Positions 32,271 to 43,020 are shown, counted from the first letter of the stretch. The stretch: DNA of 64,000 bases from Thiolinea sp. (GCA_035391465.1 DAOPKY010000007.1:19847-83846), one strand, 5' to 3'. Numbers and translations are program-made. The notes: generated from the sequence alone by a model not told the origin.

Positions 32271-33689
32271 TTACACCGATGGACTGATATGCAGGGAATG
32301 CGGAATGGTGTAATCGAGCAGGGCATCGCTGCCAAACTCACAGCCAATCCCGCTTTGCTTGCAGCCACCAAACGGCGCCAGCGGGTGCAGTTCGCCGTGG
32401 TTATTGACCCAGGTACTGCCACACTCAAACTGCGCTGCTACAGCGATGGCCTGATCAATATCTTCGCCCCACACGGAACCACCCAGACCTTCCTCACCGC
32501 TATTGACCTGGGTAATGGCCCAGTCAAGGTCGCGATAACCAATAACCGGCAGGATCGGCCCGAACTGCTCTTCCACCACCACTCGTGAGTCAGGCCGGAT
32601 ACCGCTGACAATGGTGGGCGGAATAAAATAGCCGGGGCGCTCCAGCGCCTTGCCGCCACTCCAGACCTTGCCGCCCTGGGTTTCAATATCATCCAGCAGT
32701 TGTTTCACGTATTCAAATTGCATGCGGTTTTGTACCGGGCCAAATGTCGTATCCGGGTTCATGCCATCACCTACCACTTCCTTATCCGCAATCTGACCCA
32801 GTTTCCGGCTGATTGCCTCAACCTGGGATTCATGTACATACAGGCGCTTGAGGGCGGCGCAGGTCTGCCCCATGTTCTTGAACGCCGTCACATAAATCGG
32901 CTCGACGAGCTTGTCCACATTGGCGCCGGGCAATACCAGCCCAGCATCATTCCCGCCCAGTTCCAGGGTCAGGCGTTTCAGGGTGGCGGAGGAGGCTTTC
33001 ATAATCGCCCGGCCTGTGCGGATCGAGCCGGTGAAAACGATTTTCCTGATCAGTGGATGGTCGGACATGGCCGCACCAATATCCCCTTTCCCGGCCAGGA
33101 TATTAATCACACCAGGCGGCAGCAGCTGGCCCAGGTGCGCCAGCAAGCGCAAGGATGAGAAGGGGGTATGCTCGGATGGCTTACAGACCACGGTATTGCC
33201 GGCGCACAGCGCTGGCATGACATGCCAGATCAGGATCATCAGCGGATAGTTCCAGGGGGTAATGGAGGCCACTACACCCAAAGGCTTGCGGTGAATCTCA
33301 ATGCGTTTTTCAGGGCTGTCCAGAACGGTTTTTGTCTCCAGGTGCAAACCGGCAAAAAAACGCGTAAAGGCGGCAGCCCCACCCAGTTCTTTCAAGGCGG
33401 CGCTCAATGGCTTGCCTTGTTCGGCCACCAGGATTTCGGCCAGCTCCCGGGCATGTTCGTCAATCAGGTCGGCAGCTTGCAATAAATACTGCTGGCGCTG
33501 TTCATGGGGTAACTGGCTCCAGGGCTTGAAGGCCGCCTGGGCGGCATTGACCGCCTGTTCAAACTGCGCCAGTGAGGCACTGCTGCACTGCGCCAATATG
33601 TTACCGGTAGCCGGGTTGTACACCTCAAAGGCTTCGCCCTCTGGTGTTACCTGCTGGCCATTGATCAACAGGGTTTTAGTGAGTTGCAT
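32271..33689 (-). CDS. NAD(P)+-dependent aldehyde dehydrogenase
   Basis: 472 aa; ALDH-family motifs (ELGGNDAGLV, catalytic-Cys region GQTCAALKR). Confidence 0.92.
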   Translation of the reverse strand: MQLTKTLLINGQQVTPEGEAFEVYNPATGNILAQCSSASLAQFEQAVNAAQAAFKPWSQLPHEQRQQYLLQAADLIDEHARELAEILVAEQGKPLSAALKELGGAAAFTRFFAGLHLETKTVLDSPEKRIEIHRKPLGVVASITPWNYPLMILIWHVMPALCAGNTVVCKPSEHTPFSSLRLLAHLGQLLPPGVINILAGKGDIGAAMSDHPLIRKIVFTGSIRTGRAIMKASSATLKRLTLELGGNDAGLVLPGANVDKLVEPIYVTAFKNMGQTCAALKRLYVHESQVEAISRKLGQIADKEVVGDGMNPDTTFGPVQNRMQFEYVKQLLDDIETQGGKVWSGGKALERPGYFIPPTIVSGIRPDSRVVVEEQFGPILPVIGYRDLDWAITQVNSGEEGLGGSVWGEDIDQAIAVAAQFECGSTWVNNHGELHPLAPFGGCKQSGIGCEFGSDALLDYTIPHSLHISPSV

Positions 33690-35289
33690 GGCTCATATCC
33701 TCCTTAATCATGTCGGCGGCCTTCTCGGCCATCATAATAATGGGTGCATTGGTATTTCCAGATACGATCAAGGGCATGGCAGCGCCATCGACCACGCGCA
33801 GGGCCTGCACTTTCCTGACCTTCAGGCGCGCATCCAGAACTGCCATGGGGTCATTATCCGGCCCCATGGCGCAGGTGCTGACCGGGTGAAAAATGCTGCC
33901 AGCCCGTTGCCGCACCCAATCCAGAATTTCCTCATCGCTTTGTACCTGTGGGCCGGGCTGATACTCGGTTTCGATCAGCTCGGACAATGGCCCGGTTTCC
34001 GCTATTTCACGCATTTTCCGCACCATCGCCACCGCCAGCTTCTGGTCACGCTCATCTTGCAAATAGCCATGATGGATGGCCGGGGGCACCAGTGGGTTGC
34101 TGCTTTTTATGGCAACACTGCCACGGCTATGGGGGCGTAAATTACAGGCCGACAGGGTAATGCCGGGAAAGGGGTGGGGGGGCTGGTGGGGGCGGTCAAA
34201 ACTGACCAGGCCAAAGTGAATCTGCACATCAGGCCAGGCAATCTCTGCACTGGATTTGTAAAAGGCCCCGGCGCGATAAACCCCATTGCGCAGGTCGCCT
34301 TTTCGGAACAACAGGTATTTGAAAAACTCACGCGCTCCCTTGAAAAGGTGATTGGCGACATCGTTGAGGGTTTCCACAGACGGCTTGCAGCGGTAGCAAG
34401 GACGAACCTGCATGTGATCAGCCATATTCTTCCCCACCCCCGGCAATTCAGCAATGACGGGAATAGCAAACTCTGCCAGCAGCTCAGGGTCGCCCACACC
34501 GGACAGCTGCAATAACTGAGGCGACTGGATGGCACCGGCACAAAGAATGACCTCCTTGTCTGCCCGGATAGTGTGTGTTTCCCCTTTGGCGGAAAATTCC
34601 GCCCCCACTGCCCGTGTGTTCTCAAACAGGATCCTGGTGGCTTGCCAGCCAGTGATCACCTGGAGGTTCTCCCGCTGCATGGCGGGTTTCAGGTAGGCTC
34701 TGGCCGAACTCATGCGCAACCCGTTCCTGATATTCATCTGGAAATAGCCCGCACCCTCGTTGTCACCGGTATTGAAATCCGGTGTTTCAGGAATACCTGC
34801 CTGGCCTGCCGAGGTAATAAACGCATCCGATACAGGATCTTTGGGCAGCTCGGAAACGGTGAAGGGGCCATCCTGACCGATGGTCTCCCCGGAGACTGCC
34901 GGGCGGCTTTGGGATTTCCTGAAATAAGGCAGCACGCTATCCCAGTCCCAGCCCGGTAGCCCGAGTACGGCCCACTGGTCGTAATCAGCCTTGTGTCCAC
35001 GCAGATAGAGCATGCCATTGAGCAGGCTGGAGCCACCCAGCCCCTTGCCCCTGGGCCAGGGCAGGTTGCGCTTTGCCATGCCGGCTTCCGGTTCGGTGGT
35101 AAAGCCCCAGTCAAAGCGTTGATTGCCAACCGTCTTGAAATACCCGATCGGAATGGCAAGCCATGGATAACTGGATTTTTCGCCCGCTTCCACCAGTGTT
35201 ACCTGTAATTCAGGGTTTTCACTGAGGCGGGCCGCCAGCGTACAGCCGGCAGAACCCGCACCAATGATTAAAATGTCAGTTTTCTTCAT
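33676..35289 (-). CDS. GMC-family FAD oxidoreductase (choline/alcohol dehydrogenase-like)
   Basis: N-terminal DILIIGAGSAGCTLAARLSE FAD fold; GMC signatures (GKGLGGSSLLNG; C-terminal HPVSTCAMG). 14-nt overlap with the ALDH gene. Confidence 0.92.
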   Translation of the reverse strand: MKKTDILIIGAGSAGCTLAARLSENPELQVTLVEAGEKSSYPWLAIPIGYFKTVGNQRFDWGFTTEPEAGMAKRNLPWPRGKGLGGSSLLNGMLYLRGHKADYDQWAVLGLPGWDWDSVLPYFRKSQSRPAVSGETIGQDGPFTVSELPKDPVSDAFITSAGQAGIPETPDFNTGDNEGAGYFQMNIRNGLRMSSARAYLKPAMQRENLQVITGWQATRILFENTRAVGAEFSAKGETHTIRADKEVILCAGAIQSPQLLQLSGVGDPELLAEFAIPVIAELPGVGKNMADHMQVRPCYRCKPSVETLNDVANHLFKGAREFFKYLLFRKGDLRNGVYRAGAFYKSSAEIAWPDVQIHFGLVSFDRPHQPPHPFPGITLSACNLRPHSRGSVAIKSSNPLVPPAIHHGYLQDERDQKLAVAMVRKMREIAETGPLSELIETEYQPGPQVQSDEEILDWVRQRAGSIFHPVSTCAMGPDNDPMAVLDARLKVRKVQALRVVDGAAMPLIVSGNTNAPIIMMAEKAADMIKEDMSHATH

Positions 35290-35393
35290 CACAAAAGTCT
35301 CCATCACCCAGCAAAATGCAGCCAGAAGCAGCCCGTCTTGTTGGGCAAAGAACAAGTATTCAGATTTTACAGATCGCCAATTTCAAGCCGGTG

Positions 35394-36686
35394 TCAGAAC
35401 CAGTTGGTCGGGGCCAGGACAATCTCGGGGAAGAGGATAATCAGGGCGACAATCAACAGGTTGGCGATCAGGAAGGGGGTCACGCCAATAAATATCTTCC
35501 CGGTCGGAATGTCATTCACCACGGACTTTACCGTGAGGACATTCAGCCCGACCGGTGGCGTCAACTGGCCAAATTCAACCATCATGATCAGGAAGATGCC
35601 GAACCAGATCGGATGGACACCAAAATCGGTCACAATCGGCAGGAAAATGGGCACGGTCAACAGGATCAGGCCCAGTGTTTCCAGCACGCAACCCAGCAGG
35701 ATATAGATCAGGGCAATGGCCAGCAGGATACCCATCGGCCCCAGCCCCAGGCTCCTTACCCATTCGCCCAGCAAGTAGGCAAAGCCACTTAAGTTGACAA
35801 AGTTGGCAAAAACCATGGCGCCAAACACAATCATGAACAGCATGCCGGTTGTTTTGCCTGCATCCACTGCGCAGGAAACAATATCCTTAAAGCCCATGCC
35901 ACGGCGTATCAGGGCGATAAAAAAGGCGCTGGTGCAACCAATCCCGGCGGCTTCCGTGACCGTGAAAATGCCGCCATACATGCCCCCGATCACCACCGCA
36001 AACATGACCAGGGTCCAGATCACGCCCTTGAGTGAAGCCAGCTTTTCCCTGAGGCTTTTATTGGCGCCACCGGCAGGCAGGTCAGCCGGGCGGAAAATGG
36101 CAAACAGGATAATGGCGCCAATGAATGACAGGGCCACCAGCACACCCGGAATCATCACCGCAATAAACAGCTTGCGAATATCCTGATCCGCGATCAGGCC
36201 GTAGATCATTAAAGGCACACTGGGGGGGATCAGCATACCGAGCACCCCGGCTGCCGCCACGCTGCCACTGGCCAGGCTGTCTGAGTAACCGCGCTGGCGC
36301 ATTTGCGGAATCGCCACCTTGGACATGGTAGCCGCCGCCGCCAGGGAGCTGCCCGAGATCATGCCAAACAGGGCGCAGGCCGCCACCGTTGCATGCGCCA
36401 GGCCACCCCGGAAATGGCCCAGCCAGGTTTGTGCGGTATCATAAAGCTCTTCGGATACACCCGAGCGGTGGATAAACACCCCCATCAGGATAAACAGCGG
36501 AATCACGGATAACCCGAACGTGAAGGAAGAGTCCACCAGTGTCTGTGGCACCATGACCAAAGCCGGTTCCAGCCCGCGCAGGTAGGCAAAGCCGACAAAT
36601 CCCACCGCCAGCATGGCAAAACCCAGCGGGACACCCAGGAAAGCCAGCAACAACACACCGGCAAAACCCATCAATGCAACCATCAT
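35394..36686 (-). CDS. TRAP transporter large permease (DctM family)
   Basis: 430-aa polytopic membrane protein with a DctM-like sequence; ATGA overlap with the small permease gene. Confidence 0.92.
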   Translation of the reverse strand: MMVALMGFAGVLLLAFLGVPLGFAMLAVGFVGFAYLRGLEPALVMVPQTLVDSSFTFGLSVIPLFILMGVFIHRSGVSEELYDTAQTWLGHFRGGLAHATVAACALFGMISGSSLAAAATMSKVAIPQMRQRGYSDSLASGSVAAAGVLGMLIPPSVPLMIYGLIADQDIRKLFIAVMIPGVLVALSFIGAIILFAIFRPADLPAGGANKSLREKLASLKGVIWTLVMFAVVIGGMYGGIFTVTEAAGIGCTSAFFIALIRRGMGFKDIVSCAVDAGKTTGMLFMIVFGAMVFANFVNLSGFAYLLGEWVRSLGLGPMGILLAIALIYILLGCVLETLGLILLTVPIFLPIVTDFGVHPIWFGIFLIMMVEFGQLTPPVGLNVLTVKSVVNDIPTGKIFIGVTPFLIANLLIVALIILFPEIVLAPTNWF

Positions 36687-37174
36687 GATTTCGACTCCTC
36701 CCGGGTCAATACCCGGATCAGCCTTGACAGGTGCGCCAGCGCCATCAGGAACACAACCAGTGCACAGATCATGACAAATGGCGCTTTGGGCAAGCCCAGT
36801 ATCAGCGAGTTTTCCTGTATCTGATGATACTCAAGGGCGGTTTCAAACAGGCCATAAGCCATCAATAACGCCACTGTCAGACAGATCAGCTCAATCAGTG
36901 CCTGCTGGATTTTCGCAACCAGGCCAGAACACGCCCGCAGCAGGGTGACACTGATATGCTGGTCATCACGGGACAACAGGGGCAGGAACCAGAAGGCACA
37001 CAAGGCCATTAATGCTTCTACCAGGTCAAAAGCCCCTCTCACGGGTTTGTTCAGGAAGTAGCGCCCGATCACGTCGGTAAACATCAGTCCCGACATGGCG
37101 ACCAACAGCAATGCGCCCAGCAGCATGTAGGCCCGCTCCAGGGAGTGGGCCACCTTGAGTATGGCGGGGGACAT
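36683..37174 (-). CDS. TRAP transporter small permease (DctQ family)
   Basis: 163 aa, 4 TM helices, between the dctP-like and dctM-like genes. Confidence 0.85.
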   Translation of the reverse strand: MSPAILKVAHSLERAYMLLGALLLVAMSGLMFTDVIGRYFLNKPVRGAFDLVEALMALCAFWFLPLLSRDDQHISVTLLRACSGLVAKIQQALIELICLTVALLMAYGLFETALEYHQIQENSLILGLPKAPFVMICALVVFLMALAHLSRLIRVLTREESKS

Positions 37175-38220
37175 TAAGGCTGGTCCCGCTTCTGGATTTC
37201 AGCATCAATCCGCTGCGCTTCAGCCACGTAGTATTTCAGCGCGGCTTCACCATCGACACCGAGGTCAGCAGCCTGTTGCAGCCACTTGTCGATGGTGGGT
37301 TGGGCAAATTGCTTCAAATCAGCCACAAAAGCTTCCGGGGCATCATTAAACTCAATGCCTTCTCCGATCAGGCGAACCCGGGCTTCACGCATGCCCTTGT
37401 CATATACGCCCATCAGTTTCGCCAGTGGCTCACGCGCCAGTTGGGTGATGGTCTCCTGGTCTTCAGGGGATATTTTGTTCCAGACTTTTTTGTTCATGAA
37501 GATACTGAAGACCGGTGCCTGGGTACCGCCCGGAATCTTGGTGACATACTTGGCGTACTGGGCCGACTTGAACATTTCAAAGTCATAGGCATTCAGGCTG
37601 GCAAAGACATCCACCGTACCTGATGAAATCAGCTCATAACTGCGTACTGCCGGTGCGGAAACCACCGTGGCCCCAGATTTCTCCAGCATTTCCGCCGTCA
37701 CGCCCGGCAGTGAGTAGGCCTTGACCCCTTCAAGGTCTGAGATGGCCATGATCGGTTTTGCCGAGCTGAGGATTTCACCGCCCATGCCGACATAAAAACC
37801 CAGCAGGTGGACATCCTTGTATTCATTGGCCGGTTTGAAAAACTTTTCGTAGGTATTCCAGAGGGCCTGTGAATTGGCTTCCACCGATGCCTGTGTAAAT
37901 GGCAGGAGCCCGATGGAAGGCAGCTTGATCCGGTTTTCGATAAAGACATTGGCAATATAACCGGCATCGAAAACCCCTTTGATGACGCTGTCATACTGGG
38001 CTTGCGGGGCTGCCAGGGAGGTGGGTGGCACATCGAAAGTGACACGGCCCCCGGTGGCTTTGGTAATCTCGTCCAGCCAGGGATGCACAACGCCCTGATT
38101 AAAAATGTGTCCAGACGGGATAAAGGAGTTAAAAAGGATTTTGACTTTTTCAGCGGCCAGCGCCTGATTTGAACCCAGAAAAAGCAAAGAAGCAGCGACA
38201 AGGCCTGTCAGTGTTTTCAT
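37174..38220 (-). CDS. TRAP transporter substrate-binding protein (DctP family)
   Basis: Start set at MKTLTGLVAASLLFLGSNQALA (signal peptide) behind GGAGGAG. About 350 aa, periplasmic-binding-protein-like. TAATG overlap with the dctQ-like gene. Confidence 0.88.
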   Translation of the reverse strand: MKTLTGLVAASLLFLGSNQALAAEKVKILFNSFIPSGHIFNQGVVHPWLDEITKATGGRVTFDVPPTSLAAPQAQYDSVIKGVFDAGYIANVFIENRIKLPSIGLLPFTQASVEANSQALWNTYEKFFKPANEYKDVHLLGFYVGMGGEILSSAKPIMAISDLEGVKAYSLPGVTAEMLEKSGATVVSAPAVRSYELISSGTVDVFASLNAYDFEMFKSAQYAKYVTKIPGGTQAPVFSIFMNKKVWNKISPEDQETITQLAREPLAKLMGVYDKGMREARVRLIGEGIEFNDAPEAFVADLKQFAQPTIDKWLQQAADLGVDGEAALKYYVAEAQRIDAEIQKRDQP

Positions 38221-38337
38221 CTTACTATCTCTCCTCCGTAGCGTTGATGAGGGAGTCATGATCGATGAAAAAATACTGAAAGACAATTCGAATAGTTAAC
38301 GCGATAATTATCAGAAATGGTACTAATAGGAGGGGCC

Positions 38338-39267
38338 ATGGCTGGCAGTCTGCATCGGAAACTCACCCTGAAACAGCTTCAGCTTGTCAGTGTCCTGGGC
38401 CGGGAGCTCAGCCTCAGCAAAACAGCCGAATTGCTGCATACCAGCCGCCCGGCCCTGTCCAGAAGCCTCAACCAGATGGAAGCGGCATTAGGGCTGGTAT
38501 TGTTTGAGCGCACCACACGCTCGATGAGAATGTCCTCGGCGGGGCGCAGCCTGTTCCGCTACGCCAATAGTATCCTGGGGCAACTGGAACAGGCCCAGGA
38601 GGAGCTGGAGGGGCTGCGGGGTCGTGTTCGTGCTGAAATTCGCATCGGGATTATCCCGGCCTTTTCCTCTTATGTGCTGGGAGCGGCGCTGGAGCGGACA
38701 CGGGCACAGATACCGGATCTGGCCATCACGATCCAGACCCATGAAACCGATGTGCTGTACCGGCTGCTATCGGAAAACAGCATTGACATTATGCTGTCCC
38801 ACGCTGAATTTACGGCGGATATGAGTACCGTGCATATTCACGAGCTGTATCAGGAAAAAAGCAGTATTGTCTGCCACCCGAGTCACCCGCTCAGTCAAAA
38901 AACAACGATTTCTGCCAGAGACATCGCTTCCTGGCCCTGGATTCTGCCACCGCCTGACATTGCGCTGAGAAAAGTCTTGAACCGCACGATTTTTGTCGAC
39001 CGCCCGCCGGTCAACGGTGATCTGGCCGATATTCAGGCCGACAGCTACCCCTTATTGCTGGGTATTCTCAAGCACAATCCGACAATGCTGATGCTTCTCC
39101 CTTCCCGCTATGCGGTCGTTTATGAAAAACTGGGCGTTGTCAAACAAGTGAAAACACCGTTTCGCCTGCTGAAAGGCCCCATGTGCTGTTTTACCCCGAA
39201 AGATATGGAGGTCAGTGATGCCGCACAGGTATTGATTGATGCCCTGCAGGCTGTAGTAGCTCCCTGA
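38338..39267 (+). CDS. LysR-family transcriptional regulator (divergent from the TRAP operon)
   Basis: N-terminal winged HTH (LKQLQLVSVLGRELSLSKTAELLHTSRPALSRSLNQME). ATG 38338 follows AGGAGG; ATG 38317 is an alternative start. Confidence 0.9.
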   Translation: MAGSLHRKLTLKQLQLVSVLGRELSLSKTAELLHTSRPALSRSLNQMEAALGLVLFERTTRSMRMSSAGRSLFRYANSILGQLEQAQEELEGLRGRVRAEIRIGIIPAFSSYVLGAALERTRAQIPDLAITIQTHETDVLYRLLSENSIDIMLSHAEFTADMSTVHIHELYQEKSSIVCHPSHPLSQKTTISARDIASWPWILPPPDIALRKVLNRTIFVDRPPVNGDLADIQADSYPLLLGILKHNPTMLMLLPSRYAVVYEKLGVVKQVKTPFRLLKGPMCCFTPKDMEVSDAAQVLIDALQAVVAP

Positions 39268-39286
39268 CTTCGGGCTTCGGGACCAG

Positions 39287-39973
39287 TCAGTCAGTCGGTT
39301 TCAGGCTGGTGATTCCCTTGTGTGGCAACAGCAGGCCACAGCCGAATTGCCGCCCTAGCCCCAGCCCGGATTGCTGCAGTTTGATGGTACTGTCATTGTC
39401 CAGATCGGCGATCATCAGGTGGCGGGTCTGTTGCATGCCATCCGCTGTCTGCAGCTCATGACTTTTGCCACACAGCATTTTCCGGACCTTGAAATCGGCT
39501 TTGGCACGGATTTCTGCTGCCATGCGTGCCAGAAACACCGGCTCATCCTCATCCAGCGCTGACAGCACATAACGGGCAAACAAGACCGGCGCATTGATAA
39601 AGGGTTTATCCCGGCCCTCCCCGACAGTCAGCGTATGCCCGGCAATATCCAGGGTCTGGCCGCTCAGTGCCGCAAGGTCGGTACGGCGTACTTTGGGAAT
39701 GCGAATCAGCAGGCGGGTACGGCGTGACGGGATCAGGAGCTGCCGGTTATCCTCCGGGCGCTGCCAGCCGTTGCCACTTTCGGCCACATGAATGGTATGC
39801 ACCCCCGCCAGTGGCGTATCCGCAAACCAGGGCAGTGCCTGCTGCACGGCCTGTGACAAGGCCCAGGCATGATCCAGTGGCAGGTGTTTGCAGCGCATGG
39901 CAAAACTGACATCCAGCACCGCATCCGGGACGTTATAGGGGCGTGTCTTGTCTTCATCTTCCTGCCAGAACAT
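39287..39973 (-). CDS. Solitary Cas6/Cmx6-like (type I-MYXAN Cas6-related) RAMP protein
   Basis: MFWQEDEDK...VPD...LP.DHA.ALSQA...ALPW...GVH.IHVAESGNGW.RPE... matches my memory of TIGR02807-type Cas6-related proteins. It has a C-terminal Gly-rich loop GLGLGRQFGCG. Start ATG 39973 follows GAGG. Confidence 0.55.
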   Translation of the reverse strand: MFWQEDEDKTRPYNVPDAVLDVSFAMRCKHLPLDHAWALSQAVQQALPWFADTPLAGVHTIHVAESGNGWQRPEDNRQLLIPSRRTRLLIRIPKVRRTDLAALSGQTLDIAGHTLTVGEGRDKPFINAPVLFARYVLSALDEDEPVFLARMAAEIRAKADFKVRKMLCGKSHELQTADGMQQTRHLMIADLDNDSTIKLQQSGLGLGRQFGCGLLLPHKGITSLKPTD

Positions 39974-40070
39974 GGCGAACCTCATGGTCTCGTGATCACA
40001 GGCTATACCGGTCAGCAAAGCATGAATCGGGCCTGAAGTCCATCATCCGGACGGGCAGGGTGAGCGTCTG

Positions 40071-41120
40071 TCAGGCTGCCACACGCCAGTACACCGGCAT
40101 CTGCGGATCAAAGACACTCAGCTGACCCTGTTCCAGGGGCAGTGCTTTCGGCACCGGCTGTGCCTGATCCAGGCGTTCCAGCGTGAGGGTGTCCGGATTC
40201 GGGGGCAGTCCGTAGAAGTCCGCACCATGGCGGGACAGGAAACCCTCCAGCTGCGCCAGGGCATTTTCCTGCTCGAAGAGCTGGGCCGTGACGGCAATGG
40301 CATTGGGCGCATTGAAAATCCCGGCACAGCCACAGGCTCTGAGTTTGGCATCATCCGGGTGCGGGGCCGAATCGGTTCCCATGAAGAAACGGCTGTCCCC
40401 GCTGGTGGCGGCTTCAACCAGCGCCCGGCGGTGGGTTTCACGCTTGGCTACCGGCAGGCAGTAGTAATGGGGGCGGATGCCGCCCACCAGCATGGCATTA
40501 CGGTTGATGACCAGATGGTGTGGCGTGATGGTGGCTGCGGTCGGGTGCGGGCAGGCCCGGACATAATCCACGCCCTCCCGGGTGGTCAGGTGTTCAAACA
40601 CGACCTTGAGTGCCGGAAAACGGGTGCGCAGCGGGATGAGTCGGGTTTCAATGAACACGGCCTCGCGGTCGAAAATATCCACCGCAGGATCAACCACCTC
40701 GCCATGAATCAGCAGGGGCATGCCGATTTCCTCCATCACCGCCAGTACCGGATAAACCCGTTCCAGCTTTTGCACACCGGCATCGGAATTGGTGGTGGCC
40801 CCTGCCGGGTAGAGCTTGACGGCTGCCACCGTACCGCTCTGGAACCCGGTGCGCACGTCTTCCGGGTCCGTGGTTTCGGTCAGGTACAGGGTCATCAGCG
40901 GCTGGAACGCCTGTCCGGCGGGCAGGGCGGCCAGGATTTCCTGACGGTAGGCCTGTGCCTGTGCCGGGCGGACTACCGGTGGCTGCAAGTTGGGCATGAT
41001 GATGGCACGGGCGAAACAGGCACTGGTCGCCGGCAGGACGGTGCGGAGCATGGGGCCGCTGCGCAGGTGCAGGTGCCAGTCATCCGGGCGGGTCAGGGTC
41101 AGGCGTTGCAAAATGGTCAT
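40071..41120 (-). CDS. pyrC: Dihydroorotase (homodimeric class II type)
   Basis: [16 protein letters not shown] metal-binding HxH motif; 349 aa, as for E. coli PyrC. Confidence 0.95.
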   Translation of the reverse strand: MTILQRLTLTRPDDWHLHLRSGPMLRTVLPATSACFARAIIMPNLQPPVVRPAQAQAYRQEILAALPAGQAFQPLMTLYLTETTDPEDVRTGFQSGTVAAVKLYPAGATTNSDAGVQKLERVYPVLAVMEEIGMPLLIHGEVVDPAVDIFDREAVFIETRLIPLRTRFPALKVVFEHLTTREGVDYVRACPHPTAATITPHHLVINRNAMLVGGIRPHYYCLPVAKRETHRRALVEAATSGDSRFFMGTDSAPHPDDAKLRACGCAGIFNAPNAIAVTAQLFEQENALAQLEGFLSRHGADFYGLPPNPDTLTLERLDQAQPVPKALPLEQGQLSVFDPQMPVYWRVAA

Positions 41121-41281
41121 GGTGGCTTCCGGTTCAGGCTGTCAGGGGATTGGCGCGTGATTCTAGCAGGATTGCCGGAGTGACTGTAGCGGGATGAGTA
41201 CCCCTGTGGGGCTTTGGGTTTGCTGGCACTTCCCCCCTGTTTGGCGTAAAGTTCGGGCATGTACCGTTTCAAGGCATTCTG

Positions 41282-42217
41282 ATGACAGACACCATCCGCA
41301 TTGCTACCCGAACCAGCCCGCTGGCCATGTGGCAGGCCCGGCATGTGGCAGCCAGTCTGCAGACACTGCACCCCGGTCTGGAGGTTGCCATTGTGGGACT
41401 GAGCACCCAGGGCGACCGGGTGTTGGACAGCCCCCTGTCCAAGATCGGTGGCAAGGGGCTGTTTGTCAAGGAGCTGGAGGCGGCCATGTTGACGGATCAG
41501 GCCGACATTGCCGTCCATTCCATGAAGGATGTGCCGATGGCGCTGCCCGAAGGACTGCACCTGCCGGTGATCATGGAACGCGAAGACCCGCGTGATGCCT
41601 TTGTTTCCAATATGCACAAGTCGCTGGACGAGTTGCCGCGTGGTGCCGTGATCGGAACCTCCAGCCTGCGGCGTCAGACCCAGCTGTTGAAGCATTATCC
41701 CTGGCTGCGCATCAAGACCCTGCGCGGCAATATCAATACCCGTCTGGGCAAGCTCGACAACGGTGATTATGATGCCATTATTCTGGCGGCTTCCGGGCTG
41801 TTGCGCATGGGGTTTGCCTATCGCATCACCGCCTTTCTCCGCCCGGAAATCAGTCTGCCGGCAGCGGGGCAGGGGGCGCTGGGGATTGAGGGCCGGGTGG
41901 ATGATGCGCGTATCAACCGCCTGATAGCGCCATTGATGCATGAGCCGACCGGGATTCGGGTGCAGTGTGAGCGTGCCATGAACCGGCGTTTGAACGGCGG
42001 CTGCCAGGTGCCGATTGCCGGGTATGCCGAGTTGCAGGGCGAGCAGGTACACCTGCGGGGCCTGATCGGTTATCCGGATGGCTCGATGGTGTATTACAGT
42101 GAGCAGACCGGGCCGGTTATCGAGGCGGACGCGCTTGGCATTGCACTGGCGGAAGACTTGCTGCGTCAGGGTGGGGACAAGGTACTGGCCAGCCTGGGGC
42201 TCGACGGAGAACTTTGA
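41282..42217 (+). CDS. hemC: Hydroxymethylbilane synthase (porphobilinogen deaminase)
   Basis: [18 protein letters not shown]..., [10 protein letters not shown]..., SSLRRQ... are conserved HemC motifs. Confidence 0.96.
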   Translation: MTDTIRIATRTSPLAMWQARHVAASLQTLHPGLEVAIVGLSTQGDRVLDSPLSKIGGKGLFVKELEAAMLTDQADIAVHSMKDVPMALPEGLHLPVIMEREDPRDAFVSNMHKSLDELPRGAVIGTSSLRRQTQLLKHYPWLRIKTLRGNINTRLGKLDNGDYDAIILAASGLLRMGFAYRITAFLRPEISLPAAGQGALGIEGRVDDARINRLIAPLMHEPTGIRVQCERAMNRRLNGGCQVPIAGYAELQGEQVHLRGLIGYPDGSMVYYSEQTGPVIEADALGIALAEDLLRQGGDKVLASLGLDGEL

Positions 42218-43020
42218 TGGCCGGGGGGGCGCTGCCGCTGGCATCCCTGCAGGTGGTTGTTACCCGTCCGGCGGAGCAGGCGCACGGTATGTGCACCCTG
42301 CTGGAAAATGCGGGTGCCCGGGTATTCCGGTTGCCGCTGCTGGCCGTTGAGCCGGTCCTGTCTGGTACTGACAGCCACGCTGTAAAGCCGGTGTTTGAGG
42401 ATTACAATGCAGTTATTTTTGTCAGTACCAACGCCGTGATACATGCCGGCGAGCTGCTGTCATTCCTGCAGTCCGGGGCGGCACGGCGTTCGGGCAACGG
42501 GGGGCCGGAGATCGGAGCCATTGGCTCCCGAACCGCGCAGCAGCTGGCACAGGCCGGTATTCCGGTCAGCTGGGTACCGGAGCAGGGATTTACCAGTGAG
42601 GACTTTCTGGCCCTGCCGGCCCTGCAGTCATTACCGCATCGACATATCCTGATTGTACGTGGCCAGGGGGGACGTGGACTGTTGCGCACTGTATTGCAGC
42701 AGCGTGGTGCCGTGGTGGATTACCGGGAGGTGTATCGCCGCTGCTGTCCACCCATTGATATGAACCAGCTCATGCAACACCATCAAAAAGAGCCGTTTGA
42801 CATGCTTATGCTGACCAGTGGCGAAAGCCTGCAGAACCTGATTCAGGCCAGTGGTGCGCCGGACTGGCTGCTGAATATTCCGGTTCTGGCGGGCAGCCGG
42901 CGTCTTGCTGCCGCAGCTGGAGAGGCCGGTTTCCGTGCTTCGGTACTGGTTGCCGAAGATCCGTCCGATCAGGCCATGCTGCAGGCCCTGCAGCACTGGC
43001 AGGCAGGAAAAACCACATGA
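42214..43020 (+). CDS. hemD: Uroporphyrinogen-III synthase
   Basis: Overlaps the hemC stop; HemD-like size and sequence; hemCDXY order. Confidence 0.88.
   Translation: MMAGGALPLASLQVVVTRPAEQAHGMCTLLENAGARVFRLPLLAVEPVLSGTDSHAVKPVFEDYNAVIFVSTNAVIHAGELLSFLQSGAARRSGNGGPEIGAIGSRTAQQLAQAGIPVSWVPEQGFTSEDFLALPALQSLPHRHILIVRGQGGRGLLRTVLQQRGAVVDYREVYRRCCPPIDMNQLMQHHQKEPFDMLMLTSGESLQNLIQASGAPDWLLNIPVLAGSRRLAAAAGEAGFRASVLVAEDPSDQAMLQALQHWQAGKTT

Noticed and set aside
38303-38312. GATAATTATC palindrome as the LysR operator of the TRAP island.
   Set aside because: It is a plausible location, but a 10-bp AT palindrome in an AT-rich promoter is weak evidence and does not clearly fit a T-N11-A LTTR box. It is mentioned in the island finding only.
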